DNA of 64,000 nt. Source: Balanoglossus misakiensis (Eukaryota; Animalia; Hemichordata). A program made the position numbers and the translations under genes. Below are positions 37,130-52,500 of the stretch, piece after piece. The notes under the pieces were generated by a model. That model did no database searches. It was given only the letters and a program-made list of their open reading frames with translations, and was not told where the DNA came from. The stretch lies in contig CM082586.2 of assembly GCA_040954595.2 (NCBI GenBank), forward strand, positions 9,703,337 to 9,767,336. The letters run 5' to 3'. Each line of letters opens with the position of its first letter. Within the stretch, counting starts at the first letter, position 1.

Positions 37130-40100
37130 TATACATAGATATGCATCTTGTTAAAATGCACAACAGTCACGATTTTGTTCACGAGTTTTATTGCTGCCAG
37201 GACATAACCCAAATATTTTGATAATTTTGGCAATGACCTTTGAACTACTATCCCATGCCTTGGCATGTACAGCAGATACAGCCTTCAAATTTGGAGGACT
37301 GGAACACCTAATGAAGTACATGTATTAACTTTAACACAATAATTATGTATATGAGCTATTTAAAGTTAACCAATAAAGCGTAGAAGTCTGGTTTTTGCTG
37401 GACACTTATCAGTTTGATATCAAAATTTGTTGGCACAAATTTGCGTGACCTCTGGCTTACTTACCATTTCTCAGCATCCATAACAGATACAGCCTTTGCT
37501 TTCTGTTGGAACCATGCTAACCACTTTGGCTCCTACAATGCTGCTTATAGTTGGGTCTTCTTCATGGCGGCCATATTGGTTTTTTGGATAACCTTTAAAA
37601 GTTGACATTTTTTTCAAAAATTACAAGGCCAATCAAGTTCTAATTTACTGTCCGTTCCAATTTTTTTCAATAATATTGTTAGTAGTCATGTGAATTTGGA
37701 TTAATTATGGATTTTTGAAAAATCTCATGAAAAATTTCCAAAGTCTTTTTTAATCAAGCTTTCAAGTGAATTGTGATTGCTTTAACCTTATTCGAGCCAA
37801 ATTGGATTTTCTGAACACTGATGAAAAACAAAGATTTCCTATTTCTAGCCTACTCATTGATAGCACACAAATTCCATTTTTGGATACAAGTCGGCATATG
37901 ACTAGAATACGTTACATTTTTGGCAACTTTCACATGTTCTTTGATCCAGTTTTTTTTCAGAATTTGATTAAACAATTTGTTGGCCACTCTCACATGTCCT
38001 TTGATCCAGTAATTCTAGAACTTAATTTTATGTGGATATGCCTCTTGTTAAAAAGCACAACAGTCATAATTGTGTTCACATGAGTTTTATTGCTGCCAGG
38101 ACATAACCCAAATATTTTGATAATTTTGGCAATGACCCTTGATCTACTTGGATATGTCTCTTGTTAAAAAGCACAACAGTCATGATTTTGTTCACATGAG
38201 TACTATTGCTGCCTGGACATAACCCAAATATTTTGATAATTTTGGCAATGACCCTTGATCTACTTGGATATGTCTCTTGTAAAAAAACACAACAGTCATG
38301 ATTTTGTTCACATGAGTACTATTGCTGCCTGGACATAACCCAAATATTTTGATAATTTTGGCAATGACCCTTGATCTACTTGGATATGTCTCTTGTTAAA
38401 AAGCACAACAGTCGTGATTTTGTTCACATGAGTACTACTGCTGCCAGGACATAACCAAAATATTTTGATAATTTTGGCAATGACCCTTGATCTACTTGGA
38501 TATGCCTCTTGTAAAAAAACACAACAGTCATGATTTTGTTCACATGAGTACTATTGCTGCCTGGACATAACCCAAATATTTTGATAATTTTGGCAATGAC
38601 CCTTGATCTACTTGGATATGCCTCTTGTTAAAAAGCACAACAGTCGTGATTTTGTTCACATGAGTACTACTGCTGCCAGGACATAACCAAAATATTTTGA
38701 TAATTTTGGCAATGACCCTTGATCTACTTGGATATGCCTCTTGTTAAAAAGCACAACAGTCATGAGTTTGTTCACATGAGTACTATTGCTGCCTGGACAT
38801 AACCCAAATTATTTGATAATTTTGGCAATGACCCTTGATCTACTTGGATATGTCTCTTGTTAAAAAGCACAAGAGTCATGATTTTGTTCACATGAGTTTT
38901 ATTGCTGCCAGGACATAACACAAATATTTTGATAATTTTGGCAATGACCCTTGATCTACTTTGATATGTCTCTTGTTAAAAAGCACATCAGTCATGATTT
39001 TGTTCACATGAGTTTTATTGCTGCCAGGACATAACCCAAATGTTTTGATAATTTTGGCAATGGCCCTTGATCTACTTGGATATGTCTCTTGTTAAAAAGC
39101 ACGACAGTCATGATTTTGTTCACATGAGTTTTATTGCTGCCAGGACATAACCCATATATTTTGATCATTTTGGCAATGACCCTTGATCTACTTGGATATG
39201 TCTCTTGTTAAAAAGCGCAACAGTCATGATTTTGCTCACAGGAGTTTTATTGCTGCCAGGATATAACCCAAATATTTGGATAATTTTGGCAATGACCCTT
39301 GATCTACTTGGATATGTCTCTTGTTAAAAAGCACAACAGTCATGATTTTGTTCATATGAATTTTATTGCTGCCAGGACATAACCCAAATATTTTGATAAC
39401 TTTGGCAATGACTCTTGATCTACTTGGATATGTCTCTTGTTAAAAAGCACAACAGTCATGATTTTGTTCACACGAGTTTTATTGCTGCCAGGACATAACC
39501 CAAATATTTTGATAATTTTGGCCATGACCCTTGATCTACTTGGATATGTCTCTTGTTAAAAAGCACAACAGTCATGATTTTGTTCACATGAGTTTTATTG
39601 TTGCCAGGACATAACCCAAATATTTTGATAATTTTGGCCATGATCTACTTTCCCATAACTTGCCATGCACAGCAGATACGGCTTTCAAATTTAGAGGACT
39701 GGAACACCTAATGCAGTATTAATCTTTAACACAATCATTATGTACTTATCCTATTTAAAGTTAACCAATTGAGCTTAGATGTTTGGTTCTTGTTGGACAC
39801 TTATCAGTTTGATGTCAAAATTTGTTGGCACAAATTTGCGTGACCTCTGGGTTACTTACCATTTCTCAGCATCCATAACAGATACAGCCTTTGCTTTCTG
39901 TTGGAACCATGCTACCCACTTTGGTCACTCCAATGCTGCTTATAGTTGGGTCTTCTTCATGGCGGCCATATTGGATTTTCTGATAATCTCTAAAAGTGGA
40001 CATTTTTTTCTAAACTGCAGGGCCAATCAAGTTCTAATTTACTGTCCGTTCCAATTTTTTTCAATAATATTTTTAGTAGTCATGTGAATTTGGATTAATT

Positions 40101-43100
40101 ATGGATTTTAGAAAAATCTCATGAAAAATTTCCAAAGTCTTTTTTAATCAAGCTTTCAAGTGAATTGTGATTGCTTTAACCTTATTCGAGCCAAATTGGA
40201 TTTTCTGAACACTGATGAAAAACAAAGATTTCCTATTTCTAGCCTACTCATTGATAGCACACAAATTCCATTTTTGGATACAAGTCGGCATATGACTAGA
40301 ATACGTTACATTTTTGGCAACTTTCACATGTTCTTTGATCCAGTTTTTTTTCAGAATTTGATTAAACAATTTGTTGGCCACTCTCACAACAGTCATAATT
40401 GTGTTCACATGAGTTTTATTGCTGCCAGGACATAACCCAAATATTTTGATAATTTTGGCAATGACCCTTGATCTACTTGGATATGTCTCTTGTTTAAAAG
40501 CACAACAGTCATGATTTTGTTCACATGAGTACTATTGCTGCCTGGACATAACCCAAATATTTTGATAATTTTGGCAATGACCCTTGATCTACTTGGATAT
40601 GTCTCTTGTAAAAAAACACAACAGTCATGATTTTGTTCACATGAGTACTATTGCTGCCAGGACATAACCCAAATATTTTGATAATTTTGGCAATGACCCT
40701 TGATCTACTTGGATATGCCTCTTGTTAAAAAGCACAACAGTCATGATTTTGTTCACATGAGTACTATTGCTGCCTGGACATAACCCAAATTATTTGATAA
40801 TTTTGGCAATGACCCTTGATCTACTTGGATATGTCTCTTGTTAAAAAGCACAAGAGTCATGATTTTTTTCACATGAGTTTTATTGCTGCCAGGACATAAC
40901 CCAAATATTTTGATAATTTTGGCAATGACCCTTGATCTACTTTGATATGTCTCTTGTTAAAAAGCACATCAGTCATGATTTTGTTCACATGAGTTTTATT
41001 GCTGCCAGGACATAACCCAAATATTTTGATAATTTTGGCAATGGCCCATGATCTACTTGGATATGTCTCTTGTTAAAAAGCACAACAGTCATGATTTTGT
41101 TCACGTGAGTTTTATTGCTGCCAGGACATAACCCATATATTTTGATCATTTTGGCAATGACCCTTGATCTACTTGGATATGTCTCTTGTTAAAAAGCGCA
41201 ACAGTCATGATTTTGTTCACATGAGTTTTATTGCTGCCAGGATATAACCCACATATTTGGATAATTTTGGCAATGACCCTTGATCTACTTGGATATGTCT
41301 CTTGTTAAAAAGCACAACAGTCATGATTTTGTTCATATGAATTTTATTGCTGCCAGGACATAACCCAAATATTTTGATAACTTTGGCAATGACTCTTGAT
41401 CTACTTGGATATGTCTCTTGTTAAAAAGCACAACAGTCATGATTTTGTTCACACGAGTTTTATTGCTGCCAGGACATAACCCAAATATTTTGATAATTTT
41501 GGCCATGATCTACTTTCCCATAACTTGCCATGCACAGCAGATACGGCTTTCAAATTTAGAGGACTGGAACACCTAATGCAGTATTAATCTTTAACACAAT
41601 CATTATGTACTTATCCTATTTAAAGTTAACCAATTGAGCTTAGATGTTTGGTTCTTGTTGGACACTTATCAGTTTGATGTCAAAATTTGTTGGCACAAAT
41701 TTGCGTGACCTCTGGCTTACTTACCATTTCTCAGCATCCATAACAGATACAGCCTTTGCTTTCTGTTGGAACCATGCTACCCACTTTGGTCACTCCAATG
41801 CTGCTTATAGTTGGGTCTTCTTCATGGCGGCCATATTGGATTTTCTGATAATCTCTAAAAGTGGACATTTTTTTCTAAACTGCAGGGCCAATCAAGTTCT
41901 AATTTACTGTCCGTTCCAATTTTTTTCAATAATATTGTTAGTAGTCATGTGAATTTGGATTAATTATGGATTTTTGAAAAATCTCATGAAAAATTTCCAA
42001 AGTCTTTTTTAATCAAGCTTTCAAGTGAATTGTGATTGCTTTAACCTTATTCGAGCCAAATTGGATTTTCTGAACACTGATGAAAAACAAAGATTTCCTA
42101 TTTCTAGCCTACTCATTGATAGCACACAAATTCCATTTTTGGATACAAGTCGGCATATGACTAGAATACATTACATTTTTGGCAACTTTCACATGTTCTT
42201 TGATCCAGTTTTTTTTTCAGAATTTGATTAAACAATTTGTTGGCCACTCTCACATGTCCTTTGATCCAGTAATTCTAGAACTTAATTTTATGTGGATATG
42301 CCTCTTGTTAAAAAGCACAACAGTCATAATTGTGTTCACATGAGTTTTATTGCTGCCAGGACATAACCCAAATATTTTGATAATTTTGGCAATGACCCTT
42401 GATCTACTTGGATATGTCTCTTGTTAAAAAGCACAACAGTCATGATTTTGTTCACATGAGTACTATTGCTGCCTGGACATAACCCAAATATTTTGATAAT
42501 TTTGGCAATGACCCTTGATCTACTTGGATATGTCTCTTGTAAAAAAACACAACAGTCATGATTTTTTTCACATGAGTACTATTGCTGCCTGGACATAACC
42601 CAAATATTTTGATAATTTTGGCAATGACCCTTGATCTACTTGGATATGCCTCTTGTTAAAAAGCACAACAGTCGTGATTTTGTTCACATGAGTACTACTG
42701 CTGCCAGGACATAACCCAAATATTTTGATAATTTTGGCAATGACCCTTGATCTACTTGGATATGCCTCTTGTTAAAAAGCACAACAGTCGTGATTTTGTT
42801 CACATGAGTACTACTGCTGCCAGGACATAACCCAAATATTTTGATAATTTTGGCAATGACCCTTGATCTACTTGGATATGCCTCTTGTTAAAAAGCACAA
42901 CAGTCATGATTTTGTTCACACGAGTACTATTGCTGCCTGGACATAACCCAAATTATTTGATAATTTTGGCAATGACCCTTGATCTACTTGGATATGTCTC
43001 TTGTTAAAAAGCACAACAGTCATGATTTTGTTCATATGAATTTTATTGCTGCCAGGACATAACCCAAATATTTTGATAATTTTGGCCATGATCTACTTTC

Positions 43101-46100
43101 CCATAACTTGCCATGCACAGCAGATACGGCTTTCAAATTTAGAGGACTGGAACACCTAATGCAGTATTAATCTTTAACACAATCATTATGTACTTATCCT
43201 ATTTAAAGTTAACCAATTGAGCTTAGATGTTTGGTTCTTGTTGGACACTTATCAGTTTGATGTCAAAATTTGTTGGCACAAATTTGCGTGACCTCTGGCT
43301 TACTTACCATTTCTCAGCATCCATAACAGATACAGCCTTTGCTTTCTGTTGGAACCATGCTACCCACTTTGGTCACTCCAATGCTGCTTATAGTTGGGTC
43401 TTCTTCATGGCGGCCATATTGGATTTTCTGATAATCTCTAAAAGTGGACATTTTTTTCTAAACTGCAGGGCCAATCAAGTTCTAATTTACTGTCCGTTCC
43501 AATTTTTTTCAATAATATTGTTAGTAGTCATGTGAATTTGGATTAATTATGGATTTTTGAAAAATCTCATGAAAAATTTCCAAAGTCTTTTTTAATCAAG
43601 CTTTCAAGTGAATTGTGATTGCTTTAACCTTATTCGAGCCAAATTGGATTTTCTGAACACTGATGAAAAACAAAGATTTCCTATTTCTAGCCTACTCATT
43701 GATAGCACACAAATTCCATTTTTGGATACAAGTCGGCATATGACTAGAATACATTACATTTTTGGCAACTTTCACATGTTCTTTGATCCAGTTTTTTTTT
43801 CAGAATTTGATTAAACAATTTGTTGGCCACTCTCACATGTCCTTTGATCCAGTAATTCTAGAACTTAATTTTATGTGGATATGTCTCTTGTTAAAAAGCA
43901 CAACAGTCATGATTTTGTTCACATGAGTACTATTGCTGCCTGGACATAACCCAAATATTTTGATAATTTTGGCAATGACCCTTGATCTACTTGGATATGC
44001 CTCTTGTTAAAAAGCACAACAGTCATGATTTTGTTCACATGAGTACTATTGCTGCCTGGACATAACCCAAATATTTTGATAATTTTGGCAATGACCCTTG
44101 ATCTACTTGGATATGTCTCTTGTTAAAAAGCACAACAGTCATGATTTTGTTCACATGTGTACTATTGCTGCCTGGACATAACCCAAATATTTTGATAATT
44201 TTGGCAATGACCCTTGATCTACTTGGATATGTCTCTTGTTAAAAGGCACAACAGTCATGATTTTGTTCACATGAGTTTTATTGCTGCCAGGACATAACCC
44301 AAATATTTTGATAATCTTAGTAATGACCCTTGATCTACTTGGATATGTCTCTTGTTAAAAAGCACAACAGTCATGATTTTGTTCACATGAGTACTATTGC
44401 TGCCTGGACATAACCCAAATATTTTGATAATTTTGGCAATGACCCTTGATCTACTTGGATATGTCTCTTGTTTAAAAGCACAACAGTCATGATTTTGTTC
44501 ACATGAGTACTATTGCTGCCTGGACATAACCCAAATATTTTGATAATTTTGGCAATGACCCTTGATCTACTTGGACATGCCTCTTGTTAAAAAGCACAAC
44601 AGTCATGATTTTGTTCACATGAGTACTATTGCTGCCTGGACATAACCCAAATATTTTGATAATTTTGGCAATGACCCTTGATCTACTTGGACATGCCTCT
44701 TGTTAAAAAGCACAACAGTCATGATTTTGTTCACATGAGTACTATTGCTGCCTGGACATAACCCAAATATTTTGATAATTTTGGCAATGACCCTTGATCT
44801 ACTTGGATATGTCTCTTGTTAAAAAGCACAACAGTCATGATTTTGTTCACATGAGTTTTATTGCTGCCAGGACATAACCCAAATATTTTGATAATCTTGG
44901 CAATGACCCTTGATCTACTTGGATATGTCTCTTGTTAAAAAGCACAACAGTCATGATTTTGTTCACATGAGTACTATTGCTGCCTGGACATAACCCAAAT
45001 ATTTTGATAATTTTGACAATGACCCTTGATCTACTTGGACATGCCTCTTGTTAAAAAGCACAACAGTCATGATTTTGTTCACATGAGTACTATTGCTGCC
45101 TGGACATAACCCAAATATTTTGATAATTTTGACAATGACCCTTGATCTACTTGGACATGCCTCTTGTTAAAAAGCACAACAGTCATGATTTTGTTCACAT
45201 GAGTACTATTGCTGCCTGGACATAACCCAAATATTTTGATAATTTTGGCAATGACCCTTGATCTACTTGGATATGTCTCTTGTTAAAAAGCACAACAGTC
45301 ATGATTTTGTTCACATGAGTTTTATTGCTGCCAGGACATAACCCAAATATTTTGATAATCTTGGCAATGACCCTTGATCTACTTGGATATGTCTCTTGTT
45401 AAAAAGCACAACAGTCATGATTTTGTTCACATGAGTACTATTGCTGCCTGGACATAACCCAAATATTTTGATAATTTTGGCAATGACCCTTGATCTACTT
45501 GGATATGCCTCTTGTTAAAAAGCACAACAGTCATGATTTTGTTCACATGAGTACTATTGCTGCCTGGACATAACCCAAATATTTTGATAATTTTGGCAAT
45601 GACCCTTGATCTACTTGGATATGTCTCTTGTTAAAAAGCACAACAGTCATGATTTTGTTCACATGAGTACTATTGCTGCCTGGACATAACCCAAATATTT
45701 TGATAATTTTGGCAATGACCCTTGATCTACTTGGATATGTCTCTTGTTAAAAAAGCACAACAGTCATGATTTTGTTCACATGAGTTTTATTGCTGCCAGG
45801 ACATAACCCAAATATTTGGATAATTTTGGCAATGACCCTTGATCTACTTGGATATGTCTCTTGTTAAAAGGCACAACAGTCATGATTTTGTTCACATGAG
45901 TTTTATTGCTGCCAGGACATAACCCAAATATTTTGATAATCTTGGTAATGACCCTTGATCTACTTGGATATGTCTCTTGTTAAAAAGCACAACAGTCATG
46001 ATTTTGTACACATGAGTACTATTGCTGCCTGGACAAAACCCAAATATTTTGATTATTTCGGCCATGACCCTTGATCTACTTGGATATGTCTCTTGTTAAA

Positions 46101-49100
46101 AAGCACAACAGTCATGATTTTGTTCACATGAGTTTTATTGTTGCCAGGACATAACCCAAATATTTTGATAATTTTGGCCATGACCCTTGATCTACTTGGA
46201 TATGTCTCTTGTTAAAAAGCACAACAGTCATGATTTTGTACACATGAGTACTATTGCTGCCTGGACATAACCCAAATATTTTGATAATTTTGGCCATGAT
46301 CTTCTTTCCCATAACTTGCCATGCACAGCAGATACGGCTTTCAAATTTAGAGGACTGGAACACCTAATGAAGTATTAATTTTTAACACAATCATTATGTA
46401 CTTATCCTATTTAAAGTTAACCAATTGAGCTTAGAAGTTTGGTTCTTGCTGGACACTTATCAGTTTGATGTCAAAATTTGTTGGCACAAATTTGCCTGAC
46501 CTCTGGCTTACTTACCATTTCTCAGCATCCATAACAGATACAGCCTTTGCTTTCTGTTGGAACCATGCTAACCACTTTGGTCACTCCAATGCTGCTTATA
46601 GTTGGGTCTTCTTCATGGCGGCCATATTGGATTTTCTGATAATCTCTAAAAGTGGACATTTTTTTTCTAAACTGCAGGGCCAATCAAGTTCTAATTTACT
46701 GGCCGTTCCATTTTTTTTTTCAATTATATTAATAGTGGTCATGTGAATTTGGATTCATTATGGATTTTTTTCAAAAACTCATGAAAAATTTCCAAAATCT
46801 TTTTTAATCAAGCTTTCAAGTGAATTGTGATTGGTTAAACCTTATTGAAGTCAAATTGGATTGTCTGAACTCCGATTAAAAACTAAAATTTCCTATTTGA
46901 AGGCTACTGAATGATAGCACACCAATCCTTTTTATGGATACGAGTCACCATAAGTCCAGAATATGTTAAACAATTTTTATCAACTTTCACATGTCCTTTC
47001 ATCCATTTTTTCAACACTTAATTATACTATTTTTTTGCAACTTTCATTCGTCTTTTGATCCAGATCTTTCAGAACTTAATTCTACGTTGATATGCCTCTT
47101 GTTAAAAAGCACAACAGTCGTGATTTTGTTCACATGAGTACTACTGCTGCCAGGACATAACCCAAATATTTTGATAATTTTGGCAGTAACTTTTGATCTA
47201 CATTCCCATAACTTGGCATGTACAGCAGATACAGCTTTTAAATTTAGAGGCTTGGAACACCTAATGAAGTACATGTATTAACTTTAACACAATAATTATG
47301 TATATAAGCTATTTAAAGTTAACTAATAAAGCGTAGAAGTCTGCTTTTTGTTGGACACTGATCAGTTTGGTATCAAATTTTGTTGGCACATTTTGCATCA
47401 CCTCTGGCATACTTTACCATTTCTAGGCATCCACAACAGATACAGCCTTTGCTTTCTGTTGGAACCATGCTAACCGCTTTGGCCACTCCAATGCTGCTTG
47501 TAGCTCTAATTGTCTTCTTCATGGTGGCCATATTGGATTTTCTAATAACCTTTAAAAGTTGACATTTTCATAAACTACAGGGCAAATCAAATTCTAGTTT
47601 ACTGTAGGGTTGAAAGTTTCACAAAAATATCATTAGTGGTCATGTGACTTTGGGTGCCTAATTGGATTGTTTAAAAATCTCATTAAAAAATTACAGAACA
47701 TCTTTTTCTAATCAAGTTTTCAAGTGAATTGTGATTGGTGTCACCTTATTGGAGCCAAATTGGATTTTTCTGAACACTGATTAAAAACTAAGATTTCCTA
47801 TTTCTAGCCTACTCATTGAAAGCACACAAATTAATTTTTTGGATACGAGTCGCCATATGACTAGAATACGTTACATTTTTTGGCAACTTTCACATGTCCT
47901 TTGATCCAGTTTTTTCAAAACTTGATTAAACAATTTGTTGGCAACTCTCGCATGTCCTTTGACCCAGTAATTCCATAACTTAATTGTATGTGGATATGGC
48001 TCTTGATAAAAAGCTCAACAGTCATGATTTTGTTCATAGAGTACTACTGCTGCCAGGACATAACCCAAATATTTTGATAATTTTGGCAATGACCATTGAT
48101 CTACTTGGATATGTCTCTTGTTAAAAAGCACAACAGTCATGATTTTGTTCATAGAGTACTACTGCTGCCAGGACATAACCCAAATATTTTGATAATTTTG
48201 GCAATGACCATTGATCTACTTGGATATGTCTCTTGTTAAAAAGCACAACAGTCATGATTTTGTTCACATGAGTTTTATTGCTGCCAGGACATAACCCAAA
48301 TATTTTGATAATTTTGGCCATGACCCTTGATCTACTTGGATATGTCTCTTGTTAAAAAGCACAACAGTCATGATTTTGTACACATGAGTACTATTGCTGC
48401 CTGGACAAAACCCAAATATTTTGATAATTTTGGCCATGATCTACTTAAATCCTATTTAAAGTTAACCAATTGAGCTTAGAAGTTTGGTTCTTGTTGGACA
48501 CTTATCAGTTTGATATCAAAATTTGTTGGCACAAATTTCCGTGACCTCTGGCTTACCTACCATTCTAAGAATCCACAACAGATACAGAGTTTGCTTTCTG
48601 TTGGAACCATGCTAACTGCTTTGGCCCCTGTGATGCTGCATGTTCTTTTAATTGTCTTCTTCATGGTGGCCATATTGGATTTTCTGATAACCTTTAAAAG
48701 TTGACATTTTTTTTTCAAAAATTACAAGGCCAATCAAGTTCTAATTTACTGTACGTTCCAATTTTTTTAAATAATATTGTTAGTGTTCATGTGAATTTGG
48801 ATTTATTATGGATTTTTGAAAAATCCCATGAAAAATTTCCAAAATCTTTTTTTAATCACGCTTTCGCGTAAATTGTGCAATATGCAAATTAGATCTAAAA
48901 ATAAAATTTTTGGTAAAAAAATCTTCTTCTCCCTAACTACATGTACGATGGAGCTGAAATTTGGTAGGAATGTGTGTTATGGTGTCCCTACCTGATTTTT
49001 AGCTCTGCTGTCACTTGTGTCAGCCGAGCTGTAGCAGTAGGTTGATAAGTGTCCGTCCGTCGTCCGTCGTCTGTCGTCCGTCGTCTGTCGTCCGTCGTCC

Positions 49101-52100
49101 GTCGTCCGTCGTCCGTCAACTTTTTGTATTTCAATCTTCTTCTTTAAAACAACTGGGCATATTTAGCTGAAATTTGGTTGGAATGTGTGTTATGGTGCCT
49201 TTAACTGATTTTGTTAATTTGGATTTGATGGGGTCATGAATATGCAAATTAGATCTAAAAATAGAATTTTGGTAAAAAATCTTCTTCTCCATAACTACAT
49301 GTACAATGGAGCTGAAATTTGGTAGGAATGTGTGTTATGGTGCCCCTACCTGATTTTGTAAATTTGGATTTGATGGGGTCATAAATATGCAAATTAGATC
49401 TAAAAATATAATTTTTGGTCAAAAATGTTCTTCTCCCTAACTACACGTACGATGGAGCTGAAATATGGTAGGAATGTGTGTTATGATGCCCCTACCTGAT
49501 TTTATAAATTTGGATATGATCGGGTCATGAATATGTAAATTAGATCTAAAAATATAATTTTTGGTAAAAAATCTTCTTCTCCCTAACTATTTGTACGATG
49601 GACATGAAATTTAGTAGGAATGTGTGTTATAGTGTCCCTACCTAATTTTGTTAATTTGGATTTGATTGGGTCATAAATATGCAAATTAGATCTAAAAATA
49701 GAATTTTTGGTCAAAAATCTTCTTCTCCCTAACTACATGTACGATGGCGCTGAAATTTAGTAGGAATGTGTGTTATGGTGCCCCTACCTGATTTTGCTAA
49801 TTTGGATATGATGGGGTCATAAATATGCAAATTAGATCTAAAAATAGAATTTTTGGTAAAAAAATCTTCTCCCTAAATACATGTACGATGGAGTTGAAAT
49901 TTGGTAGAATGTGTGTTATGGTGCCCCTACCTGATTTTGTTTTATTGGAGTTTTGATCGGGTCATGAATATGCAAATTAGAACATTGGTACTTCCTTTTG
50001 ATGTTGTTCTTTAGGAATAAATTCTTTCTTTCTTTAGCACAATGAATCAAGCTGAATGTGGATATTAAATACTTGTGATGTCTATGTTTGGTTTTGTTTA
50101 ATAGAATACAATTGTTATGATTAAAACCTAGGGTATTCATATCATTGCCCAGCTATAGGTTTCACTGTTAAAGTCAGCAGAGCTCTTTTGACCGATAGGT
50201 CACTTGTGTTAATTTGGATTTGATCGGGTCATGAATATGCAAATTAGATCTAAAAATAAAATTTTTGGTAAAAAATCTTCTTCTCCCTAACTACATGTAC
50301 GATGGAGCTGAAAATTGGTAGGAATGTGTGGTATGGTGCCCCTACCTGATTTTGTTAATTGGAATTTTGATGGGGTCATGAATATGCAAATTAGAACCTT
50401 GGTACTTCCTTTTGATGTTGTTCTTTAGAATTCAATTCTTTCTTTCTTTAGTGCAATGAATCAAGCTGAATTTGGATAAATACTTGTGATGTCTATGTTT
50501 GGTTTTGTTGAATAGAATACAATTGTTATGAATTAAAACCTAGGGTATTCATATCATCGCCCAGGTTACACTGTTAAGGTCAGCAGAGCTCATTTGACCA
50601 ATAGGTCACTTGTAAATTTAGAGGACTGGAACACCTAATGAAGTGCATGTGTTAACTTTAACACACTAATTATGTATATGAGCTATTTAAAGTTAACCAA
50701 TAAAGCGTAGAAGTCTGCTTTTTGTTGGACACTGATCAGTTTGGTATCAAATTTTGTTGGCACATTTTGCCTCACCTCTGGCGTACTTTACCATTTCTGG
50801 GCATCCACAACAGACACAGCCTCTGCTTTCTGTTGGAACCATGCTTAACACCTTGGTCCCTCCAATGCTACTTTTAGTTGTAATTGTCTTCTTCATGGCG
50901 GCCATATTGGATTTTCTAATAAGCTTTAAAGGTTGACATTTTCATAAACTACAGGGCCAATCAAGTTCTAATTTACTGTGCGGTTGAAAGTTTGATAAAA
51001 TATCATTCGTGGTCATGTGACTTTTGGTGCCTTATTGGATTTTTTAAAAATCTCATTCAAAAATTACGAAAATCTTTTTCTAATCAAGTTTTCAAGTGAA
51101 TTGTGATTGGTTTAACCTTATCAGAGCCAAATTGGATTTTCTGAACTCCGATTAAAAGCTAAAATTCCTTTTTTTATCCTACTCATTGAAAGCACACAAA
51201 TTCTTTCTGTGGATACGAGTCACCATATGACTAGAATATGTTACATTTTTTGACAACTTTCATATGTTCTTTGATCCAGTTTTTTTTCAGTATTTGATTA
51301 AATTATTCCATAACTTAATTTTATGTGGATATGGCTCTTGATAAAAAGCTCAACAGTCATGATTTTGTTCAAAGAGTACTACTGCTGCCAGGACATAACC
51401 CAAATATTTTGATAATTTTGGCAATGACCTTTGATGTACTTTCCCATAACCTGGCCTGCACAGCAGATACAGCCTTCAGATTTTTAGGCCTTAAACACCT
51501 AATAAAGTATTAAACTTTAACAAAAAAGTTGTGTACATAAGCTTTTTCTAGTTAACCAATAGAGAATAAAAGTCTGTTTTTTTGTTGAACACTGATCAGT
51601 TTGATGTCAAAATTTGTTGGCACAAATTTCCGTGACCTCTGGCTTACCTACCATTTCTAAGCATCCACAACAGATACAGAGTTTGCTTTCTGTTGGAACC
51701 ATGCTAACTGCTTTGGTCCCTGTAATGCTGCATGTTCCTTTAATTGTCTTCTTCATGGTGGCCATATTGGATTTTCTGATAACCTTTAAAAAATGACAGT
51801 TCTTTTCAAAAACTACAGGGACAATCAAGTTCGAATATACTGTGCAGTTCAAAGTTTGACAGTAATATTGCTAGTAGTCATGTGACTTAGAATTCCTTAT
51901 TAGATTTTTGAAAAATATCATTAAAACACTTTTTCTAATCAAGTTTTCAAGTGAATTGTGATTGGTTAAACCTTATTGGAGCCAAATTGGATTTTCTGAA
52001 CAACGATTTAAAACTAAGATTTCCTATTTATGGCCTACTCATTGATAGCACAAACATTATTTATATGTATATGAGTCACTATATGACCAGAATATGTTAC

Positions 52101-52500
52101 CATTTTTGGCATATTGCATATGTCCTTTAATCCAGTTTTTTCAACACTTAATAATACAAATTTTAGGCAACTTTCATTTGTCTTTTGATCCAGATCTTTC
52201 AGAACTTAATTAAAGTTTATTGAAGCCAAATTGGATTTTATGAATTCCGATTAAAAACTTTGATTGCACACCAATTCTTTTTATAGATACGAGTCACCAT
52301 ATGACCAGAATACGTTGCATTTTTTGGCAACTTTCGCATGTACTTTGATCCATTTTTTTTCAGAACTTAATTATTCGTGGATATGCCTCTTGTTGAAAAG
52401 CAAAACAGTGATGATTTATTTTTCACACGAATAGTACTGCTGCCAGGACATAACCCAAATTTTTTGATAATATTGGCATTGAACTTTGTCCTAAGTTTGG
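37130..52500. repeat. Composite tandem array: ~0.75-0.9-kb spacer alternating with 1 to ~21 copies of a 116-bp monomer
   Basis: Monomer gatctacttggatatgtctcttgttaaaaagcacaacagtc... at 38141, 38257, 38373. Spacer ORFs recur at 37766, 40160, 42025 and 43608. Confidence 0.95.
48880..50613 (+). mobile_element. Helentron/HINE-like non-autonomous element (~49000-50207) nested in a 5'-truncated copy of the same family
   Basis: 5' T-run plus agctctgctg, (CGTC/CGT)n microsatellite at 49050-49118, about six 146-bp internal repeats, then cagcagagct, hairpin tgaccgataggtca and cttgt. The 3' end recurs at 50581-50613. Confidence 0.8.

Noticed and set aside
38031-46300. Repeat/spacer alternation as a CRISPR-like array
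   Set aside because: The spacers are near-identical to each other, monomers are head-to-tail and 116 bp long, there are no cas genes, and the context is eukaryotic.
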